DNA from: Octopus vulgaris
Taxonomy: Eukaryota
Length of the DNA: 64,000 nucleotides
Direction: 5' to 3'
NCBI GenBank assembly: GCA_951406725.2
Contig: OX597820.1
Span: 57,226,001 to 57,290,000, forward strand
The position numbers were made by a program, and so were the translations under genes. Positions 39,105-52,924 of this stretch are shown here, piece after piece. The notes below the pieces were generated by a model that did not search any database, was not told the DNA's origin, and saw only the letters and a program-made list of their open reading frames with translations. Within the stretch, counting starts at the first letter, position 1, and every line of letters begins with the position of its first letter.

Positions 39105-39990
39105 CTAAATGCATCTACATACATCTTTGAGCACGAGTGTATACATACAGGGGTATATGCAAGAAGGATAAGTCCATAGAACACTGGCTCTGTGAGTGCA
39201 TTTCTCAAACTATGTAAGCTTGTGTGTTATGCAACTGTGTAGATGTATGTGTTTATGAGATTATTTCCCAATTAATCTGTTAATGTCATGCACAATTTAT
39301 GCATGTATATACACATGTGTGCATGTACAGGTATATATGTGTGTGTATGAAGAATTAGCTGAGAAAATATTACCCCCACTAATGCCATGTGCATTACACA
39401 CACTGCTATATATGCAAACATCTGTAAGTTTGTGCATGTGTGTGTGTGCATAACTGCATGCATGTAAGTCTGTTTGTGTGCATGAACGTGCCTGTTTCAT
39501 TTGTGTGTGAGGATGTGTGCTTAAAAGTTTGCAACCACATGTATGTATGTATGTATGTATGTTAATCTATGTATGTGAGTATCATGTGCATGTGTGTGTG
39601 TGTGTATATATATATACATATATAAATATACATATACATATACATATATATGCATATATATACATATATATATATATGTGTATGTATATATGCATTCATG
39701 CGCTTGTGTGCATGCATATATGTCTATGTGTACACCTGTGTTTGTGACTATATGTAAACTTGTCTATGGGAGTGTGTGTATGTGCACCCATCTATGTGCG
39801 TGTGTGTCTATGTGTTTGTATGTATGCCTCTGTATGCCCATCCGTCTGTGTGTAACTGCATGTATGTGGGTGTGTACAGAATTAGTCTAAAGAACTCAGT
39901 TTGGTTAATGCCATGCCTGTTATTCAACAAAGATGCAGTCATGTGCAACACAGTACTTCCTTTCGTTTCAAAGATGGTTTGTTACGAAAT

Positions 39991-40272
39991 AGAAGAAGAA
40001 GAAGAAGAAGAAGAAGAAGAAGAAGAAGAAGAAGAAGAAGAAGAAGAAGAAGAAGAAGAAGAAGAGGAAAGAAGAAGAAGAAGAAGATGAAGAAGAAGAA
40101 GAAGAAGAAGAAGAAGAAGAAGAAGAAGAAGAAGAAGAAGAAGAAGAAGAAGAAGAAGAAGAAGAAGAAGAAGAAGAAGAAGAAGAAGATGAAAGAAGAA
40201 GAAGAAGAAGAAGAAGAAGAAGAAGAAGATGAAGAAGAAGAAGAAGAAGAAGAAGAAGAAGAAGAAGAAGAA
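39991..40272. repeat. (GAA)n polypurine tract, ~280 bp
   Basis: Direct inspection; few interruptions. Confidence 0.95.
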
Positions 40273-40614
40273 AGTGGCTTGAAAGAAATATGACTATATT
40301 TGCCAACTTCTTATAAGAAGCATTGAAGGATAAAACACACCAAAATTTTCAAGGTTTTTCTTTAGCTGTTGCTTGTCTTGCAAAAATGAAAAAAAAAAAA
40401 AAAAGGGAGTTGGGGAAGATGTGTTGTTCAACAATATTCCTTCTAGCAAATGGCCCTGCTTACATAACAAGGCAGAAATTCAGGCTGCAGTTTCGAATCT
40501 TTGTATGTTTGTCTTTTTTATTTTGGATAAAATTTATTGTGTATATAATATGCATAGAAATTTGTGTGTGCGTGAGTGAAATTTGGATTATACTATTGAA
40601 TTATATCTGTATCA

Positions 40615-40675
<61 letters not shown>

Positions 40676-41177
40676 CATAATGTATATATATATAGTTGAA
40701 ATTTACAAAAAACAAACAAAACAAAAGACAAAGATTGGTGTGTAAACAACAGATATATATAATATATTTATCTTTGTATGTATGTATGTATATATATATA
40801 TACATACACACACATATATATAATGTGTGTGTGTGTGTATATATATATATTTATAGCTGTGTATATATATACATACATATACAATGTATGTATATATATC
40901 TATATGTGTATTTATATATGTGCATGTATAGATAGATAAATATGTAGAGGGATAGATAGATAGATGTGTATGTATACTTATATACATATACATGCATGTA
41001 AAATTATATGTACGTTTGTCTATAAATGAATTGTTACATGCAGAAGTGTGTACATAAACAGCATATAGATATGGGCACTTATCTGCTTGTGTACTTATGT
41101 GCACCATCCCATAATGCATGTATATATATGTGCATATATGTACATGTACGTGTGTATTGGAGGGAAATTCATGCTGC

Positions 41178-41744
41178 ACTTTGAAAGAAAAGAATAAACT
41201 TTTTATGTCTTATACGTTAGCAAATAAAATTAAATTTGCTTGTTAACTTTTTCAAAGCAGAAAGGTATAGAGTTGTGGTATCTGATCCCAACATAGCTGT
41301 TTTTATATAAACAACTGGTTTAAATCCTCTCACGGTACACTAGTCACTACCGAAAGGAACAGTTAAGTGAATTTGCTGCTGAACATGTGATTTGATCATG
41401 TAGATATGCAGTTCAATTCCAATGCTGGTGTTTTGCAATTTTTTTTTCTTGATAGAAGAATTAATTCTAACGTGACCTTGGTATATTTACCTGCCAGGAA
41501 TCAGTATTTAAATAACATTAGATTCTGATATGCAATTAGACCAGTATCCTACATTAGAAGAAATTGTTTTTTTATCTACTAGGTACAAGCATGGCTGTGT
41601 GGTAAAAAGTCTGCTTTTCAACCACATGGTTCTGGGTTCAGTCCCACTGTGTTCGCACCTTTGGCAAGTGTCTTCTACTATAGGCATTGGTCAACTAAAG
41701 CCTTGTGAGTGGATTTGGTAAATGGAAACTAAAAGAAGTCCATC

Positions 41745-41788
<44 letters not shown>

Positions 41789-42268
41789 CTTTTGTGTCTG
41801 TGTTTATCCAACATCACAACAACCAGTGTTGGTGTGTTTATGTCCCTATAACTTAGCAGTTTGACAAAAGTGACTGATAGAATAAGTACCTGGTTTAAAA
41901 CAATAAAAATACTGGGGTTGATTCATTTGACTGATAATTCTTCAAAATGGTGCCCCAGCATGGTCACAAGCTAATGACTGAAACAGGTAAACAAATAAAC
42001 AACCTAATACTGGTCCTTAAAATATTTCAAGATTGGAATTGAACTTCAAATCTACATGATCAAGTCACATGTTCAGTAGCAAATCTACTTAACTGTTCCT
42101 TTCTGTGACAACAAGTGTTCTGAAAGGGTATTTAAACCAGTTATTTATAAATGTTAGGATCAGATATCCCAACACTGTACCGTTCTGCTTTGGAAAAGTT
42201 AACTAGCAAATTTAATTTTATTTGCTAACGCATAAGCTATAAAAAGTTTATTCTTTTTCCTTCAAAGT
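41178..42268. mobile_element. Long-inverted-repeat element (~160 bp arms) containing a family A SINE (41582-42000)
   Basis: actttgaaag...gttagcaaataaaattaaatttgct...aactggtttaaat (41178-41341) mirrored at 42114-42268; no clear TSD. Confidence 0.75.
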
Positions 42269-42610
42269 TTTGGAGGTTTTATGCTATATTAGTATCATAC
42301 TCTTGCGTTCACCACTCAATGCTTTCTCCTCTATCTTTCACCCTGCTTTCATACTCTCACAAATATATCTACATGATCAACCTGTCCAATCTTCTCTTCC
42401 ACTTCACTTATATTTAACTCGCTGTAACTTAAGGATACAAGGCTATGCTCTGACTCATCTTTGCAACCAAATTCTTTCTCCCTCACTTCTTTATTTTCCA
42501 ATTGAGATAGCCATGTATCTCCTCCAAAGCAAGATACCTGGTTCTATCCCTTTAACATACTTTAACCATTTATCATGGGGCACAAAGCTTTCTCTCTTAA
42601 TATGACACCA

Positions 42611-43035
42611 TATGATGATGATGATGATGATGGTGACGATGATGATGATGGTGACGATGATGATGACAACAACGATGATGATGATGATAATGATGATGAC
42701 GAAGACGACGACAATGATGATGGGGGTGATGATGATGATGACGACGACGACAATGATGATGATGATGATGATGACAATGAGATGATAATGATAATGAAAT
42801 GATGATGATGACAATGATGATGATGATGATGACAATGATGAAGACAATGACGATGATGATGATAGGGTGATGGTGATGATGACGATGATGATGATAATGA
42901 TGATGATAATGATGACGATAGTTATGATGATGATGATGGGGATGATGAGGAGGAGGAGAACGACAATGATGACGACGATGATGAGGATGATGATGATGAT
43001 GAGGATGGTGATGATGATGATGGGATGGTGATAAT
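42611..43035. repeat. Degenerate (GAT/GAC)n tract
   Basis: Direct inspection. Confidence 0.9.
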
Positions 43036-43569
43036 GTTATATTCATGTGCTCTTCTTATACCCACTAAAATCTCTTTGTGCTTGCCGATATAGTCACAGA
43101 ACTGCGTTAAGCAGCAACTATCTAACATATAAAATCGTTTTAATACTTTGCCAAGCTTGTTAAAGAAGTAAACTAAATTTTATTTTTGCTTTCGTTTTTG
43201 TTTTTGATTTTGTTTCGTTTTTGATTGAAGTTTGTTCAAATCCACAACCATGTGTATAAATTAATGGCAGAAGATTTTATTTCTTTGTAAAAGAATTTAA
43301 AAGAAACATTTTCCTTGAAGGTTTCTTCATACTTTTATTTATAGTATCAAATTAGAGTTGTTCATATCTCTATAAACTTTCATTACGCAATCGATATTGG
43401 GATCTCCATCCATTCATTTCCTGTTTTGCATCTTCTCAATCAAATGGAGTTGCTTTACTTTACTTTTTACTTTACTGCTATGCAAGTCTGTTACTTGCTT
43501 CAGTCATTGGACTGTGGCCACGCTGAAGCATTGCCTTGAAGGGTTTCTAGCCACAGCAATCGACCCCCG

Positions 43570-43840
43570 GCAAGCTGGCAGAAACGTTAGCATGCCAGAC
43601 GAAAAGGAGGCGAGCTGGCAGAAATGTTAACACGTCGGACGAAATGCTTAGTGGTATTTCGTCTGTTTTTACATTCTGAGTTTAAATTCCACCGATATCG
43701 ACTTTGCCTTTCATCCTTTCGGGGTCGATTAAATAAGTACCAGTTACACACTGGGGTCGATGTAATCGACTTAATCCCTTTGTCTGTCCTTGTTTGTCCC
43801 CTCCATGTTTAGCCCCTTGTGGGCAATAAAGAAATAAGAA
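43570..43840 (+). mobile_element. SINE family B nested in a - strand family A SINE (43480-43990)
   Basis: ggcgagctggcagaaatgttaac head (partly duplicated), gcctttcatcctttcggggtcga core; approximate TSD aatcgacccccgg/aatcaatccccgg. Confidence 0.8.
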
Positions 43841-43997
43841 ATCAATCCCCGGGACTTATTCTTTGTAAGCCTAGTACTTATTCTATCAGTCTCTTCTGCT
43901 GAACCACTAAGTTACAGGGATGTAAATACACAAACATTGGTTGTCAAGTGATGATGGGGGAACAAACATAGACACAAAGACACACACACATAAACAT

Positions 43998-44545
43998 ATC
44001 ATTATCATCATCATCATTGTTAAACGTCCGTTTTCCATGCTAGCATGGGTTGGACTGTTTGACCTGGGAAACCAGGAGGCTGCACCAGGCTCCAGTCTGA
44101 TCTGGCAGTGTTTCTACAGCTGGATGCCCTTCCTAATGCCAACCACTCCGTGAGTGTAGTGGGTGCTTTTTATGTGCCACCAGCACAAGGACCAGATGAG
44201 GCTGGCAACATCCATGATCAGTTGGTGCTTTTTACGTGCCACCAGCATGGACGCCAGTCAAGGTGGTGCTGGCATTGGCCATGTTCGGATGGTGCTTTTT
44301 ACGTGCAACCGGCATGGGTAACACAACTACAATTTCCATTTGATATTTATTTTGATGTTGATGTACTTGACTCAATAGGTCTCCTCAAGCACAGAAGGTT
44401 GCCCTACAATCCAAGGTAAGCACAGCAGGCTGTCCTGCAAGCCATGTACTCACTTCATTTGACGTGTCTTCACAGTCACAGCATATCTCCAGAGGTCTTG
44501 TTCTTTCATCATTGCCTCTGTGAGGCCCAACGTTCGAAGGTCATA
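43998..44545 (-). mobile_element. RTE LINE 3' end with family C tail
   Basis: - strand reads YDLRTLGLTEAMMKEQDLWRYAVTVKTRQMK*, then 3' UTR and (GAT)n tail. Confidence 0.75.
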
Positions 44546-45048
44546 TATTAATCATAAGGACACATGAAAGTGTTTTCTAACTAGAAATGAGAGTTAAAAT
44601 CCTCGTTTGGACCTCCAAAAAATTAACACGGAAAATAACAGATTCAACAGGATATGAACAAAGACAGATGAAATACCACTAAGCATTCTGCTCACCATGC
44701 TAACACTTCTGCCAGGTCGCTGCCTTATATATCATCATCATCATCATCATCTTCATTTAATGTCTGCTTCCCATGCTGGCATGGGTTGGACAGTTTGACT
44801 GAGGACTGGTGAGCCAGAGGCTACACCAGGTTCAATCTGATCTGGCAAAATTTCTACAGCTGGATACCCTTCCTAATGCCAATATATATATATATATATA
44901 CAAAATTTAGAGGACTGACCACTAAAAAAATGGACAGCCTATATGCTAGATATAGACGTCAAAATTGCCATTTTCCACAAAAAATGTGTTCTCAAGTAAA
45001 ATATTCAGCAAAAAACCAAAGTGTAAAAATAAGCAAGACAAATGAAAA

Positions 45049-45792
45049 TCATCATCATCATCATCATTCATTTAGCGTCCGTTTTCCATGCTAGCATGGG
45101 TTGGACGGTTCAACTGGAATCTGGGGAGCCCGAAGGCTGCACCAGGCCAGTCAGATCTGGCAGTGTTTCCACAGCTGGATGCCCTTCCTAACGCCAACCA
45201 CTCCGAGAGTGTAGTGGGTGATTTTATGTGCCACCGACACAGGTGCCAGACGAGGCTGGCGAACGGCCACGCTCGGATGGTGTTTTTATGTGCCACTGAC
45301 ACAGGTGCCAGATGAGGCTGGCGAACGGCCATGATCGGATGGTGTTTGTTACGTGCCCGCAGCACGGAGGCTAGTCGATGCGGTACTGGCTACGGCCACG
45401 TTCGGATGGTTTTCTTGTGTGCCACCGGCACTGGTACCACAAAGATACAAATTCCATTGATGTTCATCTATTTTGATTTGTTTTGATTGATTTTCACTTG
45501 CCTCAACAGGTCTTCACAAGTGTCACAAGAAGGAAGGTATGCACAGGTGGACTGACTACGTCCCAGGTAGGGGCCACGGGTTATGGCCTGACTAGTCTTG
45601 CCGGGTCTTCGGATGGTGTTTTTATGTGCCACCGACACCGGTGCCAGATGAGGCTGGTGAAACGGCCACGATCGGATGGTGTTTGTTACTTGCCCACAGC
45701 ACGGAGGCCAGTCGATGCGGTACTGGCTACCGCCACGTTCGGATAGTTTTCTTGTGTGCCACCGGCACTGGTACCACAAAGATACAAATTCC
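45049..45792 (-). mobile_element. Family C/RTE 3' region with internal duplication
   Basis: 45275-45455 repeated at 45610-45792; CpG-rich, suggesting a young copy. Confidence 0.75.
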
Positions 45793-46646
45793 AGAGTAAA
45801 TTATATATATATACATACATCCACATACACACACACACACAAGGTGGTGAGCTGGCAGAAATGTTAGCACGGTGGGTGAAATGCTTAGTGGTATTTCATC
45901 TGTCCTTATGATCTGAGTCCAAATTCCACTGAGGTTGACTTTGTCTTTCATATTTTTAGGGTCGACAAATTAAGTACCAGTTGCATACTGAGGTCGATCT
46001 AATCAACTGGCCCCCTTCCCATGAAACTTCAGGCCTTGTGCCTAGAATACAAAACAATATGTATGTATGATGAGTTTCAGTTTCTGTTTACCAAATCCAC
46101 TCACAAGGCCTTGTTCAAGAACCTGCAATTATAGGAGAAGACACTTGCCCAAGGTGCCATGCAGTAGGACTGAACCTGGAACCATGTGGCTGCGATGTTT
46201 ATGTTGTGAATGATGATGATGATGGTGATGATGATGTATATGTTGATAATTGTGAGAACGATGATAGGTTAATGACTTTGATGAATCCTCTTTAATAGTC
46301 TTGCCACTTGTTGATGAAATTGTTTCCCTAACGTAATAAGGATTAAATAAAGAAATTATTCCTTAGTCCATGGGTTGTAACTTGCTTCTATCATCAGACA
46401 GCGGCCATGCTCGGGCACTGCCTTCAGGAATTTTTAGTCAGATAAATCAACCCCAGGACTTCCTTTTAAGCCTAGTACTTATTCAATCAGACTCTTTGTT
46501 GAACTGGTAAGTTATGTGGGCATAAACAAACCTAAACTGCTTGTCTTGCAGTAGTGGAGGACAAACACAGATACACACACACACATATATATATATTTGA
46601 CCGTTTCCATCTACCAAATCCACTCATTTGGTTGGCCTGAGGCTAT

Positions 46647-47035
46647 ACTCTTTTACTCTTTTACTTGTTTCAGTCATTTGAGTGCGGCCATGCTGGAGCA
46701 CCACCTTTAGTCATGCAAATCGACCCCGGGACTTATTCTTTGTAAGCCCAGTACTTATTCTATTGGTCTCTTTTGCCAAACCGCTAAGTGACAGGGACAC
46801 AAACACACTAGCATCGGTTGTCAATCGATGTTGGGTGGGGGACAAACACAGACACACAAACATAAATATACATATATACGATGGGCTTCTTTCAGTTTCC
46901 GTCTACCAAATCCACTCACAAGGCTTTAGTCAGCCCCAGGCTATAGTAGAAAACACTTGCCCAAGATCCCACACAGTGGGATTGAACACAGAACCATGTG
47001 GTTAGAAAGCTAACTTCTTACCACACAGCCAAACC
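46647..47035 (-). mobile_element. SINE family A
   Basis: Reverse complement of the 8398-8795 type. Confidence 0.9.
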
Positions 47036-47383
47036 TGTCATTTTTTTTTTTTTTTGTCTTTTATTACATCTCTCACACAAAATCTTGTAAAGAATTGTGG
47101 CTGAAAAGTACAAAACTGCAAGTTTTTTTCTGAATTAACTTGCAATGATTTAATTTATTGTCACCTTGAGCAAGTCTTTTCAATAAATGTTTGAATCAAT
47201 CCTTTGACATTTTGAATTCTGATTTGACTATTTATTCACCATCTTTTCTCTATAGGATCTATTTTATATCGAATATATTTTATCACACACACACACACAC
47301 ATACGCACACACACACCTATGTATATATGTATTTGTATCTCACTTTTACTCTCTTTCCTTCTCTCTCTCTCTAAGTATGTGTG

Positions 47384-47471
<88 letters not shown>

Positions 47472-47644
47472 TACAATGGGCTTCTTTCAGTTTCCGTCAA
47501 CCAAATCCTCTCACAAGGCTTTGGTTGGTCCGAGGCTATAATAGAAGACACTTGCCCAAGGTGTCATGCAGTGGGACTTAACCTGGAACCATGTGGTTGA
47601 TAAGCAAGCTACTTACCACAATCCACTCCTGTACCTATATATAC

Positions 47645-47677
<33 letters not shown>

Positions 47678-47678
47678 C

Positions 47679-47772
<94 letters not shown>

Positions 47773-47773
<1 letters not shown>

Positions 47774-48211
47774 TATAAGAGAGTGTTCACTATATTGATC
47801 ACTCTAGCACCAGTTAATCCAAGAGGTTTCAACCACGAAAAATACATGTTTCCCATGAAAGCCGGTACGACTGTTAGCTCACACGGACAGGGCAAATAAA
47901 AAATAACAAAAATACAGATTATCTTGTCCCAAGATAATCTGTATTTTTGTTATTTTTTATTTGCCCTGTCCGTGTGAGCTAACAGTCGTACCGGCTTTCA
48001 TGGGAAACATGTATTTTTCGTGGTTGAAACCTCTTGGATTAACTGGTGCTAGAGTGATCAATATAGTGAACACTCTCTTATATTTATTTTGTGAAAATAT
48101 TATAATATGTTATAAAATATTATAATAATCCAGGTTTCTCGTAGCACTAGGCCACTTGGTGTGGAATAAATATACTATTAAATTAGTATCTAATTCTCTC
48201 ACCCTTATTAA

Positions 48212-48216
<5 letters not shown>
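47773..48216 (+). mobile_element. Fold-back element in (TA)n: perfect 154-bp arms plus unpaired tail
   Basis: 47773-47926 is the reverse complement of 47930-48083 with a 3-nt loop tcc; tail 48084-48216 runs into (TA)n. Confidence 0.9.
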
Positions 48217-48281
<65 letters not shown>

Positions 48282-48869
48282 GCATGTATGTATCTTGAAT
48301 ATTTGCCCACTGGCATATTATGCTTTTATTCTTTTGTAATTCAATGGGGACACTTTCAGTTGTTCCATTGCAACATGACCTGTACTTGTACTTTTATCAA
48401 TAACTCCAACATTACGAACACTTATTCATATCTGGGAATCAATAACGCCAACCCGGTACTTACAACAAAAGTTTTCTTTAGTGTTCACTCCATTTCCTTT
48501 CTCTATCCATTTTCTCATTAAAATTTCAAACAGATTCAATGGTTTCCCTTTAATAAACATCTCAATATGTTTATGCATTTCTGATTGCAGTCTTCAGTCT
48601 TTTATTGAAAGTAAATATTACATCTCAACTATGTAGTTGATCTCCTGCTTGTTTGAAAATCAGACAAGGATGAAGCACTTTGGATTTACACCATGCAAAC
48701 ATTTGTTTCCTACACAATGATCCAAGCTGTAGTCTCATCCATGGCATTGTTATTTCCTGGTTTAGCTTTTATGATTCCAGCTTCATAGTTATTAACCATT
48801 TCGTTACCATGTTTCTGTTAAACTACACTGTCTTTGTTCTAATTAATCTGGAACATACTCTTTACTCTC

Positions 48870-49278
48870 ATTTTACTCTTTTACTTGTTTCAGTCATTTG
48901 ACTGTGGCCATGCTGGAGCACCACCTTTAGTTGAGCAAATCGACCACATGACTTATTCTTTGTAAACCTAGTACTTATTCTATCGGTCTCTTTTGCCAAA
49001 CTGCTAAATTACAGGGATGTAAACACACCAGCATTGGTTGTCAAGCGATGTTGGCGGGTACAAACACAGGCACACAAACACACACACACACACATATATA
49101 TATATACATATACATATATACAACGGGCTTCTTTCAGTTTCTGTCTACCAAATCCACTCACAAGGCTTTGGTCAGCCCGAAGCTATTGTAGAAGACACTT
49201 GCCCAAGGTATCACGCAGTGGGACTGAACCCAGAACTATGTGATTGGTAAGCAAGCTACTTACCACACAACCACTCCT
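48870..49278 (-). mobile_element. SINE family A
   Basis: Reverse complement of the 8398-8795 type. Confidence 0.9.
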
Positions 49279-50076
49279 AATGAAGAATTTTGCAAAATGA
49301 CTGTCACTTTTAAGCTGGCGCCAAGATCAGCTTTGCCATACATTCTTTCAGGGTTGATAAAATGAATTTCAGTTCAGTACTGGGGTTGATGTAATTTGCT
49401 CACCCACTTCCTGAAATTCTTGGCCTGTGCCAAAATTTGAAACCATTATTAAGCTGATGTTTAAAACATAAGTTAAAATGAAATTTCAGTGCAAAGTTTT
49501 AATTCAGATTATTTCAAAATAAAAAGTTTGTATCATAGATGTAAAAGCAGTCACATGTAGGTTGGAAACAGAATGGTTAATTATCTCTAGTTTTTGTCCT
49601 CGAACTAGTAGATTCTGTGTCCTTTTATCCCTGAATTTTGAGAGGGCAATAGCTCAGGTGGGAGAGGATGATGGGGCAGACCAGCCAAGCAACTCTTTTC
49701 TGGGTGTGATACATTTAGGTCTACAGTATAAGCCTGTATATGGTGTACTGGCCTAGGGAGGTCAGCAAACTTAACGGCTGCCCTAGATACATCACAGTGA
49801 AAAGGGTTTGCTATTAGCTCACTTCAAATATTTGATTGACTGTCTCTCTGTTAAATAGTCAGCATTGGAAGAGTTGATAGGAACCATTTCAGTTACTGTC
49901 AGTTCTTCAACAATTCTCTGTTATTGTTCAATGGTCAGTGTCCAGAGCATTCCATTGTGGTATGTTTTGGTTCTAATGATTTTTTGCAAAGACCTAAGTT
50001 TTCACAACCATCCAATCCATGTCAGAATAGAAGAGAAGAGAAATAAATGATGATAATAATAATAATAATAATAATG

Positions 50077-50123
<47 letters not shown>

Positions 50124-50125
<2 letters not shown>

Positions 50126-50385
50126 GCAGCTGTGGTCGATGCAAAAGGTAGCAGTAGTACCAATAATTGTCAGAGCCCTGGGAAGAGTGAGCAAAAATCT
50201 CGAGAAGTATGTGGAACAAATAGGGGCTGCAATAAAGGTGGAGCATTTGCAGAAAACAGTACTACTTGGAACCGCTTGAATACTCCGGAAGGTGCTTGAA
50301 AAATAAGAAATGTTACCTTAGTGCACTGGGAGTGAACAGCTGACACTGTAGTACATCTTCAGCATTAGAAGCTATGCAAAGGCAA
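50124..50385 (+). mobile_element. 5'-truncated R4/Dong-like non-LTR retrotransposon in (TAA)n
   Basis: Translates QLWSMQKVAVVPIIVRALGRVSKNLEKYVEQIG...LQKTVLLGTA*ILRKVLEK* (RLE-clade C-terminus); (TAA)n on both sides. Confidence 0.8.
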
Positions 50386-50550
50386 TGATAATAATAATAA
50401 TAATGATAATAATAAAAATGATAGTAATAATAACAATGATAAGGAAAGTTCTTGATATCTAAGGCAACTTGTAGTCCAATGTTAGGATTCTTTTCTTTAC
50501 CAACAGTCTAATCTGTTGAGTGTATATGAAATGTATAAATAAATATATGA

Positions 50551-50873
50551 ATGAATAAATGAAAAGATAACTAAATAAAAACAACAATGAAATAAATAGC
50601 CAAAGATGCCATCGGAAAAGATTGAAATAAAAAGACACAGGAATATAATATTGTTGATGTAAAGAGGGTAAAAATTATTGCAATAAGATTATTTTTATGC
50701 CAACTTATTTTCCAGAAATTTTTGCCACAATCTCAAAGAGAGATTAAGTTCTCAAAACCAAGAATTCTTTAATCAATTTAGAACACACACATATAAATAC
50801 ACAAAGACATACACATACATACGTACATACATATATACATACACAAGATCAGGTACATTTACACATGCATACA
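50551..50873 (-). repeat. Inverted copy of 6532-6890
   Basis: High identity by eye; lacks a ~15-nt stretch (gtttcttcttagttt) and has a shorter (TATG)n. Confidence 0.9.
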
Positions 50874-51152
50874 CACACACACACACACTCACAAACATAT
50901 ATATATGACTGGGGGTTCTCACAGTTTCCCTCTACCGAATCCACTAACAAGGCTTTGTTCAGGCTGAGGCTATATAGTAGAAGATACTTGCCCAAGGTGT
51001 CAAGCAGTGGGACTGAACCTGGAACCATATGGTTGGAAAGCAAACTTCTAACTACACAGCCATGCCTGTACTTATATATAAGATTTTGATATTCCGACAA
51101 ATGTCAGCTGTTGATGAATGACTGCAATTAATTCCCTCAATTTTCCACCTTG

Positions 51153-51562
51153 CACCACCAGCCACCATCACCACTACCACCATCACCACCACCACCACCA
51201 CCACCACCACCACTACCAAGACCATTACCACCACCACTGCCAAGACCGTGTTGACAACGGCAACTACCACCAATGCCAAGACCCCTGCCACCACCACCAC
51301 CACCACCACCACCACCACTACCGCCGCCACCACTGCCAAAACCACCACTACCACTGCCAAGACCACCACCACCACCATAACCATCACTACCAAGACCACT
51401 GCTGCCACCCCCACCGCCACCACCATCACCACCATCACCATTGCCAAGGCCACGATGAAGACGACAACCACCACCTCTACTGCCAAGACCACCATCAGCA
51501 CCACCACCACCACCACCACCACCAAGACCACAACCACCACTACCACCACCACCACCACCACC
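51153..51562. repeat. Degenerate (CAC)n tract with recurring actgccaagacc
   Basis: Direct inspection. Confidence 0.85.
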
Positions 51563-52035
51563 AATCTCCGCCACTCGTCACTCCACCCCACCTCACCCTC
51601 CATCCCAATCCTTATTACGTGTTCTTCCTACTTACTTAGAATATGTCTTCAGAAATTCTAATTGCTAAGTCCACTTTATTGAACACTTCAGCACCATTTC
51701 ACAGATCTCTGATGTAATAGTGGCATTTCATCCCCTTCACCAATTCTTCTCTCTATTCCTCCGCTAAGACATTATTATTCCTGCTTTAATGCATCATCAT
51801 ATTCCTTGCTTTATCCTCTTCTGGACCTTTCCATCTTTTAATATTTCTATTGATTTTTATTTTATTCTACTTTATTTGCTATTTGCATATTGTGTGTGTG
51901 TGCGTGCGTGTGTGCGTGCATGTGTGCGTTTAATCTAATAAATATTTGATAGATTGCAAAGTGTTGCTTCACAGATTTCTTCACTTCTTGTTTGTCTCTA
52001 TACGAATATTTCATGGGGTTAAAATTTTAAATTCT

Positions 52036-52560
52036 TCATCATCATCATCATCATCATCATTATCATCATCATCATCTTCGTCATCATATTTATAATCATC
52101 ATCATCATCATTATCATCATCATTCTCACCAGCATGATCATTGCTGTCGTCATCGTTGTTGTCATCATCAGTATCATCACCATCATCATCATCATCACCT
52201 TCGTCATCATCGTCATCATGATCATCATCATCAACATCATCATCATGTTCACCATCACCACCACCACCACCATCATCATCATCATCGCCATCATCATGAT
52301 CATCATCATCGCCATCATCATGATCCTAATCATCATCATCGCCATCATAATGATCATGAGGATCATCATTCTCATCATCGTCAACATCATTGTTATCACT
52401 ATCATCAGCATCATCATCATTGTCGTCGTCGTCATCGTCAACATCGTCATCAATAGCTCTATCATCAACATCCCTATCAGCATCACCACCATCATCACAA
52501 TTATCATCATCAACACCATTATCACCACCACCATAACCACTACCACCATCATAATAATTA
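52036..52560. repeat. Degenerate (CAT)n tract
   Basis: Direct inspection. Confidence 0.9.
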
Positions 52561-52924
52561 TTACAGCTTTATTATTCATGATTTGAGAAAATACATCCAA
52601 CAGCTTCGTTTCTTAAAACAAGAATTAGCTATGATTTGGAAAATATGCAAATAAAAATGTTTGAGATTAACGAAGATGTTAAAAATGATCAAATGTTGTG
52701 TGTGTGCATGTGTGTGTATGTGTGTGTGTGTGTGTGTGTGTGTTTGCGTTTTTGTGTGTGTGTCTGTGTTTGTGTGTGTGTGAAAACTTGGAAACACAAA
52801 CAATATTTTCACTATAAGTTAGACAGGTGGCGAGCTGGCAGAAATGTTAGAAATCGGGTGAAATGCTTAGCGTTATTTCGTCTGCCGTTACATTCTGAGT
52901 TCAAATTCTGCCATTGGTATACTT

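Noticed and set aside
48562-48608. Minus-strand CTGAAGA-ctgcaatca-GAAA-tgca-TA motif
   Set aside because: Core and palindromic stem III present but proximal stem I does not pair; not counted, though worth including in a covariance-model scan
51052-51661. Gly-rich, Thr-rich (mucin-like) or His-rich ORFs
   Set aside because: Degenerate (CAC)n tract open in most frames; no signal peptide or exon boundaries identified
52567-52655. Possible terminal exon (A)FIIHDLRKYIQQLRFLKQELAMIWKICK*
   Set aside because: Acceptor lacks a pyrimidine tract and no homology was recognised
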